Source: an uncultured Desulfosporosinus sp. (GTDB taxonomy: Bacteria; Bacillota; Desulfitobacteriia; Desulfitobacteriales; Desulfitobacteriaceae). From it: DNA of 33,459 nt. The notes under the pieces are model-generated. The model had not been told where the DNA came from. It was given only the letters and a program-made list of their open reading frames with translations, and searched no databases. The DNA lies in the NCBI GenBank assembly GCA_964460725.1, contig CAYWSF010000001.1, forward strand, positions 13,488 to 46,946, read 5' to 3'. Positions 9,752-19,035 of the stretch are shown in pieces; position 1 is the first letter of the stretch; the number at the start of each line of letters is the position of its first letter. The translations under genes were made by a program, and so were the position numbers.

Positions 9752-10906
9752 GTGGACAAAGGCAGGATGTATATAACACTCAACCGGAACAGGGAGTGGA
9801 AACGCAGCCTGTTGGGAAATCTCCAACTACGGGATAACCAACTTGTGTTTTTAGAAGGTCAGGAGCACGGAATGCTGGCCACAGGAGTGCTCATTACCGG
9901 CTCGATTGACAGTACGGAACAGGATTTTCAATGGGACATTATAAGCATAGAGGTAGATTTGCCTGAGAACTCCATCATTAAGGTTTCATGTTTTGCCTGC
10001 GATACCATTGAAGTGTTGTTGGGAGATAATTTGGTTAATCTGGATGAATATATTAAAGAAGCAAGCGGAGAAACTTTATCTCAGCATAAAGAGCTCAATA
10101 CCCTATTCAAACAAGCTTTTACCGGTTCGACGGATGGCCTGTTAAGAGTCAGCGGGCGGTATCTGTGGCTTAAGCTGGAGTTTCTGGTGCCACAGCCTGA
10201 ACTCTTCTGTTTGCGGAAAATTAAGTTGCTGCTGACCGATGAGCAGATTATCCAATACCTTCCTGAAATATATCGAGATGGTAAAGAAAGAAATGATTTT
10301 TTTCAGCGTTTCATGAAAATCTTTGACAGTATATTTTTTGATATTGAGGAAAAAGTGAACCGTATCCCGGAAAAGCTGGATTACACTTTGGCCAAAGGGG
10401 ATATGCTTCGTTACCTGGCCGACTGGGTAAGTATCCGGGAAACCAGGAACTTGGGGGATGAGGAGCTTAGGGAACGGATCGCTGCGATCATGCCTGAGTA
10501 TTCAGCGATCGGAACCAAGCCAGGTATTGAGAGGTTTGTGGAACGTGAACTTAAGGTCAGACCAAGAATTGTTGAGTTTTTCGATTATAAACAAATGTTG
10601 TATGAAGGCCAGGACAAAGAGTTATATAAGGAGCTTTTTGGCACTAACCCCTATAAATTCTTTATCCTGCTGCCTGCAGATGTTTTCAATAGACAAAATA
10701 TCAACAGCCTTTTAATAAAGTTAAAAAATATTATTCCGGCTTATACTGAGATGGAAATAGTACTTTTGAAGAGGAGAATTATTCTTGGAAAACATACATA
10801 TCTTGGCGTTAATTCCACGGTTAGTGAGTATAGCTATGTGAGCATAGATGAGAATATTGCTATATCAGACGATACCTTGATAGGAGGAAGTATAGATGAA
10901 GAATAA
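9752..10906 (+). CDS. Phage tail protein I / gp7-like baseplate wedge protein
   Basis: YLPEIY..FFQRFMKIFDSIF..LRYLADWV..GTKPGIE..IIPAYT. Start reassigned from ATG 9728 to GTG 9752, which follows aggagg at 9736-9741. Confidence 0.8.
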   Translation: MDKGRMYITLNRNREWKRSLLGNLQLRDNQLVFLEGQEHGMLATGVLITGSIDSTEQDFQWDIISIEVDLPENSIIKVSCFACDTIEVLLGDNLVNLDEYIKEASGETLSQHKELNTLFKQAFTGSTDGLLRVSGRYLWLKLEFLVPQPELFCLRKIKLLLTDEQIIQYLPEIYRDGKERNDFFQRFMKIFDSIFFDIEEKVNRIPEKLDYTLAKGDMLRYLADWVSIRETRNLGDEELRERIAAIMPEYSAIGTKPGIERFVERELKVRPRIVEFFDYKQMLYEGQDKELYKELFGTNPYKFFILLPADVFNRQNINSLLIKLKNIIPAYTEMEIVLLKRRIILGKHTYLGVNSTVSEYSYVSIDENIAISDDTLIGGSIDEE

Positions 10907-12713
10907 AACCCTATTTCCCATGGAACGCAACCGTTATTTTCATGGTAAGATGCTCACAGCAAGAGATCTGGAAGCAGAACAAAGTTACTATAATAACAAG
11001 CGCCGGCTGATCAACCGCTGTATTTTTGGAGCCGGGGTTGTTTGCGGTCTTGGTGTATATCTCAATGATGACACATCCTTTTCTGTTGAAACAGGGCTGG
11101 CCTTGGACTATTCCGGGCGGGAGATTGTTGTGACCTCTCCCATTATCCGAAAGCTGCAGATGATTGAGGGTTTTGAAACTCTGGTTGGTCACGAGCAGGC
11201 CTACCTTTGCCTTGAGTATGAAGAACAGATGCGGGAACCGGTAAACAACATTGGTGTGGCAGACAGCGACAGCAGGCAGTTCAACAAGATAGAAGAAGGC
11301 TTCCGGCTTTATCTGGATACTCAAGAGCCGGATGCAAATACTCTTTTTGGAGAGTCGGGAAGAAATCATGTCCAGGTGCTTTACTCCAGTAAAGGACTGG
11401 GCATTTACCAGGTAATACCGACCGTTGTGATGGCCGATCAAGAGTTTTCAGTGAGATATGTGGTGGTGAAAGGGACGGAACAACCGCCGGTATCCTTTGA
11501 GTATTCTTTTGAATCGGAATACTTAAAAAGTGTAGACAGCGATACGATCAGGATAGTATTTAATGAAGATAAAAATTCAGGCCGGGATATCCATTTTATG
11601 GACTATACCCTGCGAGCGGCTTCCGTATCAGATATGCAAGTGCCCTTCGGAAAGGGAAAAGCAACCTTTTCCTTAAGTATGGGGGATATCGACGACCAGG
11701 TGGAATTTGCTCAGAAATACGATATCTACATCTGTAAAGATCGTTCAAGCTATGAAAAAATGTTAAATATCCGCCTAAGCAGCCTGGAAAGACAGATGTC
11801 TGGCGAAGACACGCCAATTTATTTGGCAAAGATTGATTATGTCAGCGCAGGGAGCACTTACATACTTAGGAAAATAACGGCGCTGCCCTTTGAGCAAAGA
11901 ACCTCCGGCAGTCCCGTAGAGTTTGCCGGAAATCAAGTCTTGGAGAACAAAGCCTCCAAAGCCTCCCATGAAGTGCTTAAAAGTGTTACAACAGAAGTAG
12001 AAATGTTGAAATATTGGCAGAAGCCGGAGGTTTCCGCAAAATACAATCCGGATAAACAAAGCCTTAACTTCCATTTTGGGCTGGCATCCTCGGAAGCTTA
12101 TGACTATGCAACTTCTTCCGGGGTTGTGGGCGTCCCCCTGTCAGGGGCTATCCGTGTCAATTCCAGGTATGTTTCTGATGAGGTACCTCATAACTTGGGG
12201 ATTGGACATGTAAGTTTGTCATTTGCTGTGGAATTTGGAGAAGGTGAAAATAGGAAACTACTGTTTGGAAATGGAGATATTTTTAGTTCAAAAAACGAAG
12301 GAAAGAATGTTCCGAAGGTTGAAGTGGCCGGTATCCTTTATCCTGAAACAGGTACTTTCCGAGTGGGGGTCAGATGTTTAGATCATGTGGAAGGGCACAT
12401 AATCAGGGTGCGCTGGTTTGCTTACAAAGTGACCAGGGATACGGCTGATATGCGATCCCGAGATATCGTCAGCATAAAAATAAAACCGGGGATTTACAAA
12501 ATGAAGGTCCTGGAGAGAATTCAATTTGAAGCAAAGGTCAACGGAACTGCGGATAAAAAAGTAATCTGGAGCGTACAGGATGCTGAGGGTGGTAAAATCG
12601 ATCAGAATGGACTTTACCAAGCACCAAGCATAGCCGAAACCTATGAAATAGTAGCAACAAGCACGGCGGACCCCACCGCTAAAACCAGCGCCTTTGTCAT
12701 TGTCGAAGAATAA
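10896..12713 (+). CDS. Tail fibre-like protein (Afp13-type N-terminal anchor) with C-terminal Ig-like (Big_2-type) domain
   Basis: N-terminus ERNRYFHGKMLTARDLEAEQSY..KRRLINR..FGAGVVCGLGV..GLALDYSGREIVV. C-terminus IQFEAKV.GTADKKVIWSV..GKIDQNGLYQAP..YEIVATSTADP. Confidence 0.75.
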   Translation: MKNKTLFPMERNRYFHGKMLTARDLEAEQSYYNNKRRLINRCIFGAGVVCGLGVYLNDDTSFSVETGLALDYSGREIVVTSPIIRKLQMIEGFETLVGHEQAYLCLEYEEQMREPVNNIGVADSDSRQFNKIEEGFRLYLDTQEPDANTLFGESGRNHVQVLYSSKGLGIYQVIPTVVMADQEFSVRYVVVKGTEQPPVSFEYSFESEYLKSVDSDTIRIVFNEDKNSGRDIHFMDYTLRAASVSDMQVPFGKGKATFSLSMGDIDDQVEFAQKYDIYICKDRSSYEKMLNIRLSSLERQMSGEDTPIYLAKIDYVSAGSTYILRKITALPFEQRTSGSPVEFAGNQVLENKASKASHEVLKSVTTEVEMLKYWQKPEVSAKYNPDKQSLNFHFGLASSEAYDYATSSGVVGVPLSGAIRVNSRYVSDEVPHNLGIGHVSLSFAVEFGEGENRKLLFGNGDIFSSKNEGKNVPKVEVAGILYPETGTFRVGVRCLDHVEGHIIRVRWFAYKVTRDTADMRSRDIVSIKIKPGIYKMKVLERIQFEAKVNGTADKKVIWSVQDAEGGKIDQNGLYQAPSIAETYEIVATSTADPTAKTSAFVIVEE

Positions 12714-12835
12714 GCTATACGAAGTCAAAGATGCCAGAAGCCATGTAGGTATGTATTAGAAAAGGAAGTATTTTTTCAGAGATTGGCTCAAAGAGGCAAA
12801 GAACAGAAAAGGAATACGAAAAGCGAACACCTACA

Positions 12836-12884
12836 ACTTCTGACCTCTGACCTCTGACCTCTGGCCTCCGACCTCTGACTTCTG
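12836..12884. repeat. Intergenic heptamer tandem repeat (acctctg)x7, imperfect
   Basis: acttctg acctctg acctctg acctctg gcctccg acctctg acttctg, ending just before the RBS aaggagg of the next gene. Confidence 0.92.
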
Positions 12885-12900
12885 AGTTAAGGAGGGAATT

Positions 12901-13638
12901 ATGGATACCCTGATTCAAGGGGGAAAGTATCAGGTTCTTGAAGTACTTGAGATCGAAGAGGGTTACAAAGCTTATCTCTGTATCGATGTAGAGACAAACA
13001 ATGACTACCGGCCAATGATTTTTAATATTTATGAAAAAGCCTCGGATATTAGACGATTCTTACCGGAGTTTTATAGCTTGAATCGGGAGCAGCATCCGGA
13101 ATTTATCGACATAATGACTGGACAGCACAGTATTACGGCGGTTTTTGAGTATCATTATGGACCGGAGCTTCTGAACTTCTTTGAGCAGGTGGATAAAGAG
13201 GATTTCGAACTGCGCAGCAAATATGCTTTCCGGCTTCTGGAGGCGTGTCTAATGCTGGATACGGTCCCGGATTTTATTGCTTACGCGTGTCTTGAACCGG
13301 ATAATATCATTATTTTAGAAAAGAACCAAAAAGTAAGGATTAATTATCTGATCCGCCCCTTAGAGATGGGCAACGAACCATTTAAATGGAAAAAGCTAGC
13401 ATACTTTATGGATCATATTTTTGTCAAGGACCGTTATGCACCAGATGAAATTTGGGAATATATCGAAGATTTGAAGCAAAACAGAGATGACAGTATTGCA
13501 GAGGCCTTTTCGCGTTGGAAAGAAATATACGAAGGCTTACTGGAAGAGCATAAGCGCCTTAAGCAAGAAAAATGGCTTGCATATCGGGTACGGCGGCTGA
13601 AGGAATTTTTTAGACGGCGGAGATTTAAAAGAAAATAA
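12901..13638 (+). CDS. Protein-kinase-fold-like protein, probably a pseudokinase
   Basis: KYQVLEVLE..YKAYLCID resembles kinase subdomain I, AVFEYHYGPEL resembles the hinge, and YACLEPDNIII sits where HRDLKPxNI is expected, without the catalytic Asp/Lys. No DFG or Gly loop. Very basic C-terminal tail. Strong RBS. Confidence 0.55.
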   Translation: MDTLIQGGKYQVLEVLEIEEGYKAYLCIDVETNNDYRPMIFNIYEKASDIRRFLPEFYSLNREQHPEFIDIMTGQHSITAVFEYHYGPELLNFFEQVDKEDFELRSKYAFRLLEACLMLDTVPDFIAYACLEPDNIIILEKNQKVRINYLIRPLEMGNEPFKWKKLAYFMDHIFVKDRYAPDEIWEYIEDLKQNRDDSIAEAFSRWKEIYEGLLEEHKRLKQEKWLAYRVRRLKEFFRRRRFKRK

Positions 13639-13671
13639 TTTTTAGCTTTTATCAGTTCGGAGGTATGAACT

Positions 13672-16600
13672 TTGTATAAGAAAATACTAAGTTTAATAAT
13701 TATTTTAATAGCAACTTTTTCATTAGTATTTGTTTTCTTTGCCAACGGATTAATATCTAAAATTTTTACTCAGCCAAATCAGGAGAATGTGCTGGAATGT
13801 TCTCATGCTGTAGACCGGAGCGGCAATATTTATTATGTCCTTAAGGAGCAGAATCAAGCATTCCTAATCAGTTTGGATTCCACAGGCCGACAAGTCTATA
13901 AAAAGGATATTATGGATGTAGTCGGAGACGATTGTATTTTTGACAGCATTTATGTTGACCAGGATAAGACCCTGTTCCTTACTGTTTATAAGTTGGAGCC
14001 TAACACCTCAAATATTAAGCAGGTTGGGGTATATATGTTCCGGGACGACGGTAGTTTTGCTACTCAGATTTTTAAAGAGAATGTCGAACAATTTTATGAC
14101 AGTAAATTTCGTCTCATCTCCAGTATGAGCAATGACGATAAAAATATTTATTTTGGCTTTTTAAAGGGTACTGCTGTGGACATCTTTGCCTACGAAAAAG
14201 GAAGCAAAGAGCCGGTGGTTTGTACTAATGAATATTTTATAGGGGACATAGCTAACACCATCAATGCTTTTTTTGTGCTTCCCTCGGGAGAAGTAATTTT
14301 CAGTCTCGAAGGAGGGACCCTTCTCAAAAAGTCCAGCGAAAAGGCGGATACTTCCTATAACTTTAGCGGGAAAGTAATAGTGGATCGTATTTGGTTTGCC
14401 GGAAACCAGTTTTACTGCAGAGATACTGTGGATGGCGATATTTATGTTTCATCTATATCGAAGCTGGACCCGGCTATTGTTATAAATGGCAAAAAGGTCA
14501 TTTCCGCTAAAGAAGGGATAGAATTCAGGCAACTGAATCCGATCACGGTAGGTAATGTCGGCAATGTCATGGGAATCCTGGAGGACAATGGTATTCACAG
14601 GATATTCTCAGGCGGATTTGCCTTTTTACCTGAGATCGGAAAAACTGATACCTTTGATCGGTCCGATTTAACCCTCTGGTTTCTTTTGGTAGGTATAATT
14701 GTTGGTACGATCGTTTTGTCTTTATTGCTTTGGGATTTCTACTGTAACTTTTTACATATGCGGCTTTCGATATTGTACAGACAAGCCTTCCTTGTAATTT
14801 TAGTAATTTTTTTAGCTTTACATTTCCTTACCAACTATCTCATAGTTCCAAAAGCAGAAGAGATGCAAAGAAAGATGTACCTTACAGAGCAAGTAAAAGC
14901 AGGACAGTTGTTTATTGCTGCCTATAAAGGCAGTGCAGCATATTCGGGGGATAATCAGTTGGATCTAAATAAAGCCGATACTTTTTTCCAGCGGTTTAGA
15001 GAGAATCTTTTCTTTGCCTTGCCTGCTGCTCAGGTCGAAAAAGATACCCCTGCAGCGGAAGATACATACAAGAGATTAGCCGGTCAAGACAGATATGACA
15101 CAGCCATTGAAATTGCTAAAGATGGATGGCAGCAAACTGATTCTGCACTGTTGGCTTATGGTGAGAATTATCCGGATGCTTTAGCTGCCGTGCCACTTGC
15201 TAAAAAACAAAATGCGCCAATTCTTCTGACTGATAAGGATTATTTAAACCCCAAAACAAGTACAGCGTTGCTTGATCTCCAAGTAAAGACCGTTTACATA
15301 ATAGGGGGAAAAGCAGTTATTTCAGAAGAAATTGAGAACCAATTAACGCTTAATGGTTTTTCAGTAAAACGGATTGCAGGTCATGATAAATATGAAACAG
15401 CAATAAAAATTGCGGAAGAATTAGGAGACGTGAGTGAAGTTGCGGTAACGACCGGAGACGATTATGCGGATGCTTTATCGATAGGAGCTATTGCAGCTAA
15501 AAAGCATATGCCCATAATCCTTGTTCCTAAAGATGAGATAACAATCAATATTCAAAATTATATTAACTCAAAAAATATTACAAAAACCTATGTCATTGGT
15601 GATCAATCACTGGTCGGTGATAATATAGTTGCCGGATTTAATAACCCGGAAAGAATATTGGGGCAGGATGAATATGCTCGGAATGCAGCTGTCTTAAATA
15701 GATTCGCGGATGACTATCAGCACGATAAATTATGCCTGGCTACCGGTGAAAATTTTGCAGATGCTCTCACAGGTGGCGCTTATGCTGCAAAAAACGATGG
15801 CGCTGTTGCCTTGGTCAAAAGTGATCTTTCTATGTCAACTAAAAACTATTTTCGAGATAATACGACTTCTTTAAAGGATATTACTGTTTTTGGAGGGGAA
15901 TCAGTCGTCTCTTCAGCCTTGGTTCAGGAAATTTTTGGTCTTGATCTGGAACTTCAGATCCTTAATACGGCCAATATTAGTTTGTTGGCAAAAGACGGCG
16001 GATATATGGTCGCTGCCTCCAATAATCAGTATGAGGAAGGGTTTCCCGCTGAACTGATGGGCTATGGAAAAAAATTTACCGAAGAAATTCAAAAGGCCGA
16101 GACTAATATGATCACTTCTTATGAAGTGATGACTCAAAGAGGCAAGGTACTCGGTGTGTTAATGCCGACCGGGCTAACACTTTCCGGTTCTCCCGTGACC
16201 CTCAGTTTGGTGGTAGGATTAGACAGCCTGGATAAGGACACTGCCAATATGACCGGATCACTTACCAATCTTATGTGGCTGATCGGGCTGGTGTTGGTAG
16301 TACTGATTATAGTCATAGAATATTTTAATGTATTTAATGTCAGAAAGCTAAAAAAGGGAGTAGATGAGATAGCTGCCGGTGATTACGGGCGAGAACTTGA
16401 TGTGCACTCAGGCGATGAAATTGAAGACTTGTCCGATTCGATCAGGGCTTTAGCTTTGAATATTTTGAGCACCACAATTAGCTTGGATAAATTGAATGCT
16501 TCCTATTACCGGTTTGTTCCTCTAAGGTTCCTCGAGATTCTGGGAGAAACCCACATTGAGAATGTTGGGAAATGGTCTCAGAGTTACAAGGAGGGAATGG

Positions 16601-17355
16601 TGATGTTATTTTTACGCTTTAAATTTCTTACCAGCAGGGGAGAAAAAAGTGAAGAAATTTTTGCCAATATTAACGACGTCTTTGAAAACGTTGTACCGGT
16701 GGTGAGTGAAAGCAAGGGCACAGTGTACAATTTCCTCCCCGATGGTTTTAATGCTGTATTTGAAGGCAATTCCGAGGTTGCTTTGCAAGCAGCGTTAAGA
16801 ATCCGGGAAGTGCTAGGTGCATTGAACCGGCAAAGGAAGGAAAACGGCCAAGATGAGGTAGATATCCGTTTATTTTTAACCCAAGGAAACATGATGTTGG
16901 GCTTTATCGGGGACGAAAAGCGCATGGAAGCGGCGGCCATATCCAACGAAGCCCAAAAAGCGGAGCCGATTATACAGCTTTGCTTTGACAGTGATATTTA
17001 TATTGCTTGTACAGCGGAGATACTGGCGGAACAGCCTCAAGGTGTCTATCGGAACAGGCGGATTGGCGAGGTCATAATCCGGGAAGAAAAAGTACAGCTT
17101 TTCGATTTGTATGATAATGACCCTTATACACTGCTCAAGGTAAAGGAAGTTCATGCAGATGAATTTGAATTGGGAGTTAACCTCTTTAGAAAAGGCGACT
17201 ATGTCAGAGCAAGGAAAATATTTATGGATATTATTAAATATTCTTCCCAGGATGGGGCAGCCCGTAATTACATGTATATTGCTGAATATAATCTTAGTTC
17301 GGAGCATAAGCAAAATACTTATACCACCATTTATGAATTAGAACGAATGCGCTGA
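13672..17355 (+). CDS. Multi-pass membrane protein: extracellular beta-rich domain, three cell-wall-binding-2 (CWB2) repeats, HAMP, degenerate adenylate/guanylate cyclase domain, short TPR-like tail
   Basis: Four hydrophobic segments. CWB2 motifs RLAGQDRYDTA, GENYPDALAAVPLA..APILLT, GDDYADAL and GENFADAL. HAMP LKKGVDEIAAGDY..SGDEIEDLSDSI. Cyclase-like YYRFVP..GFIGDEKRME. TTG start after ggagg. Confidence 0.85.
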   Translation: MYKKILSLIIILIATFSLVFVFFANGLISKIFTQPNQENVLECSHAVDRSGNIYYVLKEQNQAFLISLDSTGRQVYKKDIMDVVGDDCIFDSIYVDQDKTLFLTVYKLEPNTSNIKQVGVYMFRDDGSFATQIFKENVEQFYDSKFRLISSMSNDDKNIYFGFLKGTAVDIFAYEKGSKEPVVCTNEYFIGDIANTINAFFVLPSGEVIFSLEGGTLLKKSSEKADTSYNFSGKVIVDRIWFAGNQFYCRDTVDGDIYVSSISKLDPAIVINGKKVISAKEGIEFRQLNPITVGNVGNVMGILEDNGIHRIFSGGFAFLPEIGKTDTFDRSDLTLWFLLVGIIVGTIVLSLLLWDFYCNFLHMRLSILYRQAFLVILVIFLALHFLTNYLIVPKAEEMQRKMYLTEQVKAGQLFIAAYKGSAAYSGDNQLDLNKADTFFQRFRENLFFALPAAQVEKDTPAAEDTYKRLAGQDRYDTAIEIAKDGWQQTDSALLAYGENYPDALAAVPLAKKQNAPILLTDKDYLNPKTSTALLDLQVKTVYIIGGKAVISEEIENQLTLNGFSVKRIAGHDKYETAIKIAEELGDVSEVAVTTGDDYADALSIGAIAAKKHMPIILVPKDEITINIQNYINSKNITKTYVIGDQSLVGDNIVAGFNNPERILGQDEYARNAAVLNRFADDYQHDKLCLATGENFADALTGGAYAAKNDGAVALVKSDLSMSTKNYFRDNTTSLKDITVFGGESVVSSALVQEIFGLDLELQILNTANISLLAKDGGYMVAASNNQYEEGFPAELMGYGKKFTEEIQKAETNMITSYEVMTQRGKVLGVLMPTGLTLSGSPVTLSLVVGLDSLDKDTANMTGSLTNLMWLIGLVLVVLIIVIEYFNVFNVRKLKKGVDEIAAGDYGRELDVHSGDEIEDLSDSIRALALNILSTTISLDKLNASYYRFVPLRFLEILGETHIENVGKWSQSYKEGMVMLFLRFKFLTSRGEKSEEIFANINDVFENVVPVVSESKGTVYNFLPDGFNAVFEGNSEVALQAALRIREVLGALNRQRKENGQDEVDIRLFLTQGNMMLGFIGDEKRMEAAAISNEAQKAEPIIQLCFDSDIYIACTAEILAEQPQGVYRNRRIGEVIIREEKVQLFDLYDNDPYTLLKVKEVHADEFELGVNLFRKGDYVRARKIFMDIIKYSSQDGAARNYMYIAEYNLSSEHKQNTYTTIYELERMR

Positions 17356-17372
17356 TAAGGAGGTCCCCGATA

Positions 17373-19013
17373 TTGCTTAAGTTGATTCTCAAGAATATTG
17401 AGATGTTATACCGAACAATGAGAAGCTTGGTGTTAAGACCATTAATAATGTTAAGATCCAGGATTTATAGATGGTTGAATATACGTAGATTATTGAATAA
17501 AATCCCCAAATTCCTTACTTCCCTGCTGGCGAAGATCAAACTGAAACCGGAGAAGCGGGAAGACTATATTGATGCAGGACGAGTGTTTATTGCTAAAATT
17601 TTGATAGTGATTCTGATTGTGCTTGTCATTGCTGTGCCGCTGTTGGCTTACAATTTTGTCTGGCCTTGGCTTGTCAGCAAGTTTTTCACAGCTAAGTTAT
17701 ATGTGGGACAACCTAAGATCGAGCAATATAGCGGCAAGGCAAAAATTTATTACGAAGAAAAGCTGGAAAACCTGATGTTTAAGGGGCGGCTCGCCGATGG
17801 TAAATACATCGGTATGGGGGAAGAATTTTATTTAAATGGTCGGCCCATGTATGCCGGCTACTATGTAGATGGTAAATATGACGGCAAGGGAACCTGGTAT
17901 TCGGAGGATGCCAAGCAGTACTATAAGGGCGACTTTGTTAGGGGTAAAAAGACGGGCAAAGGTCAGATTTTCCAAGCCGGTAAACTGTTCTATGAAGGAG
18001 ATATGCAGGATGATAAAAAAACCGGTTCCGGAAAACAGTATTATGAGGACGGCAGTATCGTCTATGAGGGCGCTTTTGCGGAAGATGTTTTTGAGGGGGA
18101 TGGGACTGAGAATTATCCGGGCGGGAATGTAAAGTACCAGGGAACCTTCCAAGGCGGTCTATATTCCGGTAAGGGAGAAATGTTCAATGAAGAAGGTACC
18201 AAAATTTACGACGGCAGCTTTGAAAAGGGGCTTTTCAGTGGGGAAGGACGGTATTATGGGGAGAAAGGCCAATTGGTATATGACGGAACTTTCGTCAGCG
18301 GACTTTTTGATGGCGAGGGAAAGCTTTATAAGAATGGAACGCTTTTTTATGCAGGCACTTTTCTTGCCGGTATGATGTCCGGCGAGGGAACTTTAACCGA
18401 TGATTTTTCAGGCGTAAAATACACCGGGCCCTTTGAACATAATGATATTGCCTTCGGGAAGCTTTTTAATATGAAGGCTGAAAACATTTATACTGCTTTT
18501 AGTAATGGACTGATAGAGGATATCTCCCAGACAGACTTCTTTTACTTATCTAATCAGGCTTTTGGTTTAGTATTAAAGTTTGTTTATGCCACTGAAGAAG
18601 AACCGGCAAAATTGGTGGATGTCTACACACTTCCCAAAGAAGGCGGCCTGACAAGTATTCAGGGAATAGAGGACCTGAAGCTCCCGGGCATCTATGAACT
18701 GGGAGAAATGGGAGGGAGTGTGGCGGATGGATATGCAATAACCTTACTGGGAGTGGAACCGGAAAATATGATGTCTTACAATGCCAAATATGTTGGTTAT
18801 GCAGTGTGTTACTGGGCCGGTACTGCCTCTGGAGATGTGGCTATGATAAACTACCATCCTTCTGCAAAAACCCTTGCGAGTAATCCTAAGCCAGGTACGG
18901 AAGGGGCCACAGAAACCGGAACAGGTGCCGGTGGAAATAATGCACAAAAGTATGCAATTTACTTCTCAGACTTAGGCCTGGACATGAATGATTTCCCCGG
19001 CCTTGGGTATTAG
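17373..19013 (+). CDS. Membrane-anchored MORN-repeat protein
   Basis: Basic N-terminus, TM segment ILIVILIVLVIAVPLLAY, then about 9-10 repeats of ~23 aa (YxGxFxxGxxxGxGxxY). TTG start after aaggagg. Confidence 0.88.
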   Translation: MLKLILKNIEMLYRTMRSLVLRPLIMLRSRIYRWLNIRRLLNKIPKFLTSLLAKIKLKPEKREDYIDAGRVFIAKILIVILIVLVIAVPLLAYNFVWPWLVSKFFTAKLYVGQPKIEQYSGKAKIYYEEKLENLMFKGRLADGKYIGMGEEFYLNGRPMYAGYYVDGKYDGKGTWYSEDAKQYYKGDFVRGKKTGKGQIFQAGKLFYEGDMQDDKKTGSGKQYYEDGSIVYEGAFAEDVFEGDGTENYPGGNVKYQGTFQGGLYSGKGEMFNEEGTKIYDGSFEKGLFSGEGRYYGEKGQLVYDGTFVSGLFDGEGKLYKNGTLFYAGTFLAGMMSGEGTLTDDFSGVKYTGPFEHNDIAFGKLFNMKAENIYTAFSNGLIEDISQTDFFYLSNQAFGLVLKFVYATEEEPAKLVDVYTLPKEGGLTSIQGIEDLKLPGIYELGEMGGSVADGYAITLLGVEPENMMSYNAKYVGYAVCYWAGTASGDVAMINYHPSAKTLASNPKPGTEGATETGTGAGGNNAQKYAIYFSDLGLDMNDFPGLGY

Positions 19014-19035
19014 CAATGAGCATGGGAGGCCGAAA

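Noticed and set aside
1445-12713. Prophage tail region
   Set aside because: No capsid, portal, terminase, integrase or lysis genes in the window; DUF4255, the Afp7-like gene and DUF4157 point to eCIS.
12715-12918. 67-aa minus-strand ORF containing EVRGQRSE
   Set aside because: It is a translation of the heptamer repeat, antisense to the operon and overlapping the next gene.
16500-17100. Active adenylate cyclase or Pycsar/CBASS-like signalling
   Set aside because: Most catalytic residues appear substituted and no cyclic-nucleotide-binding effector is recognisable.
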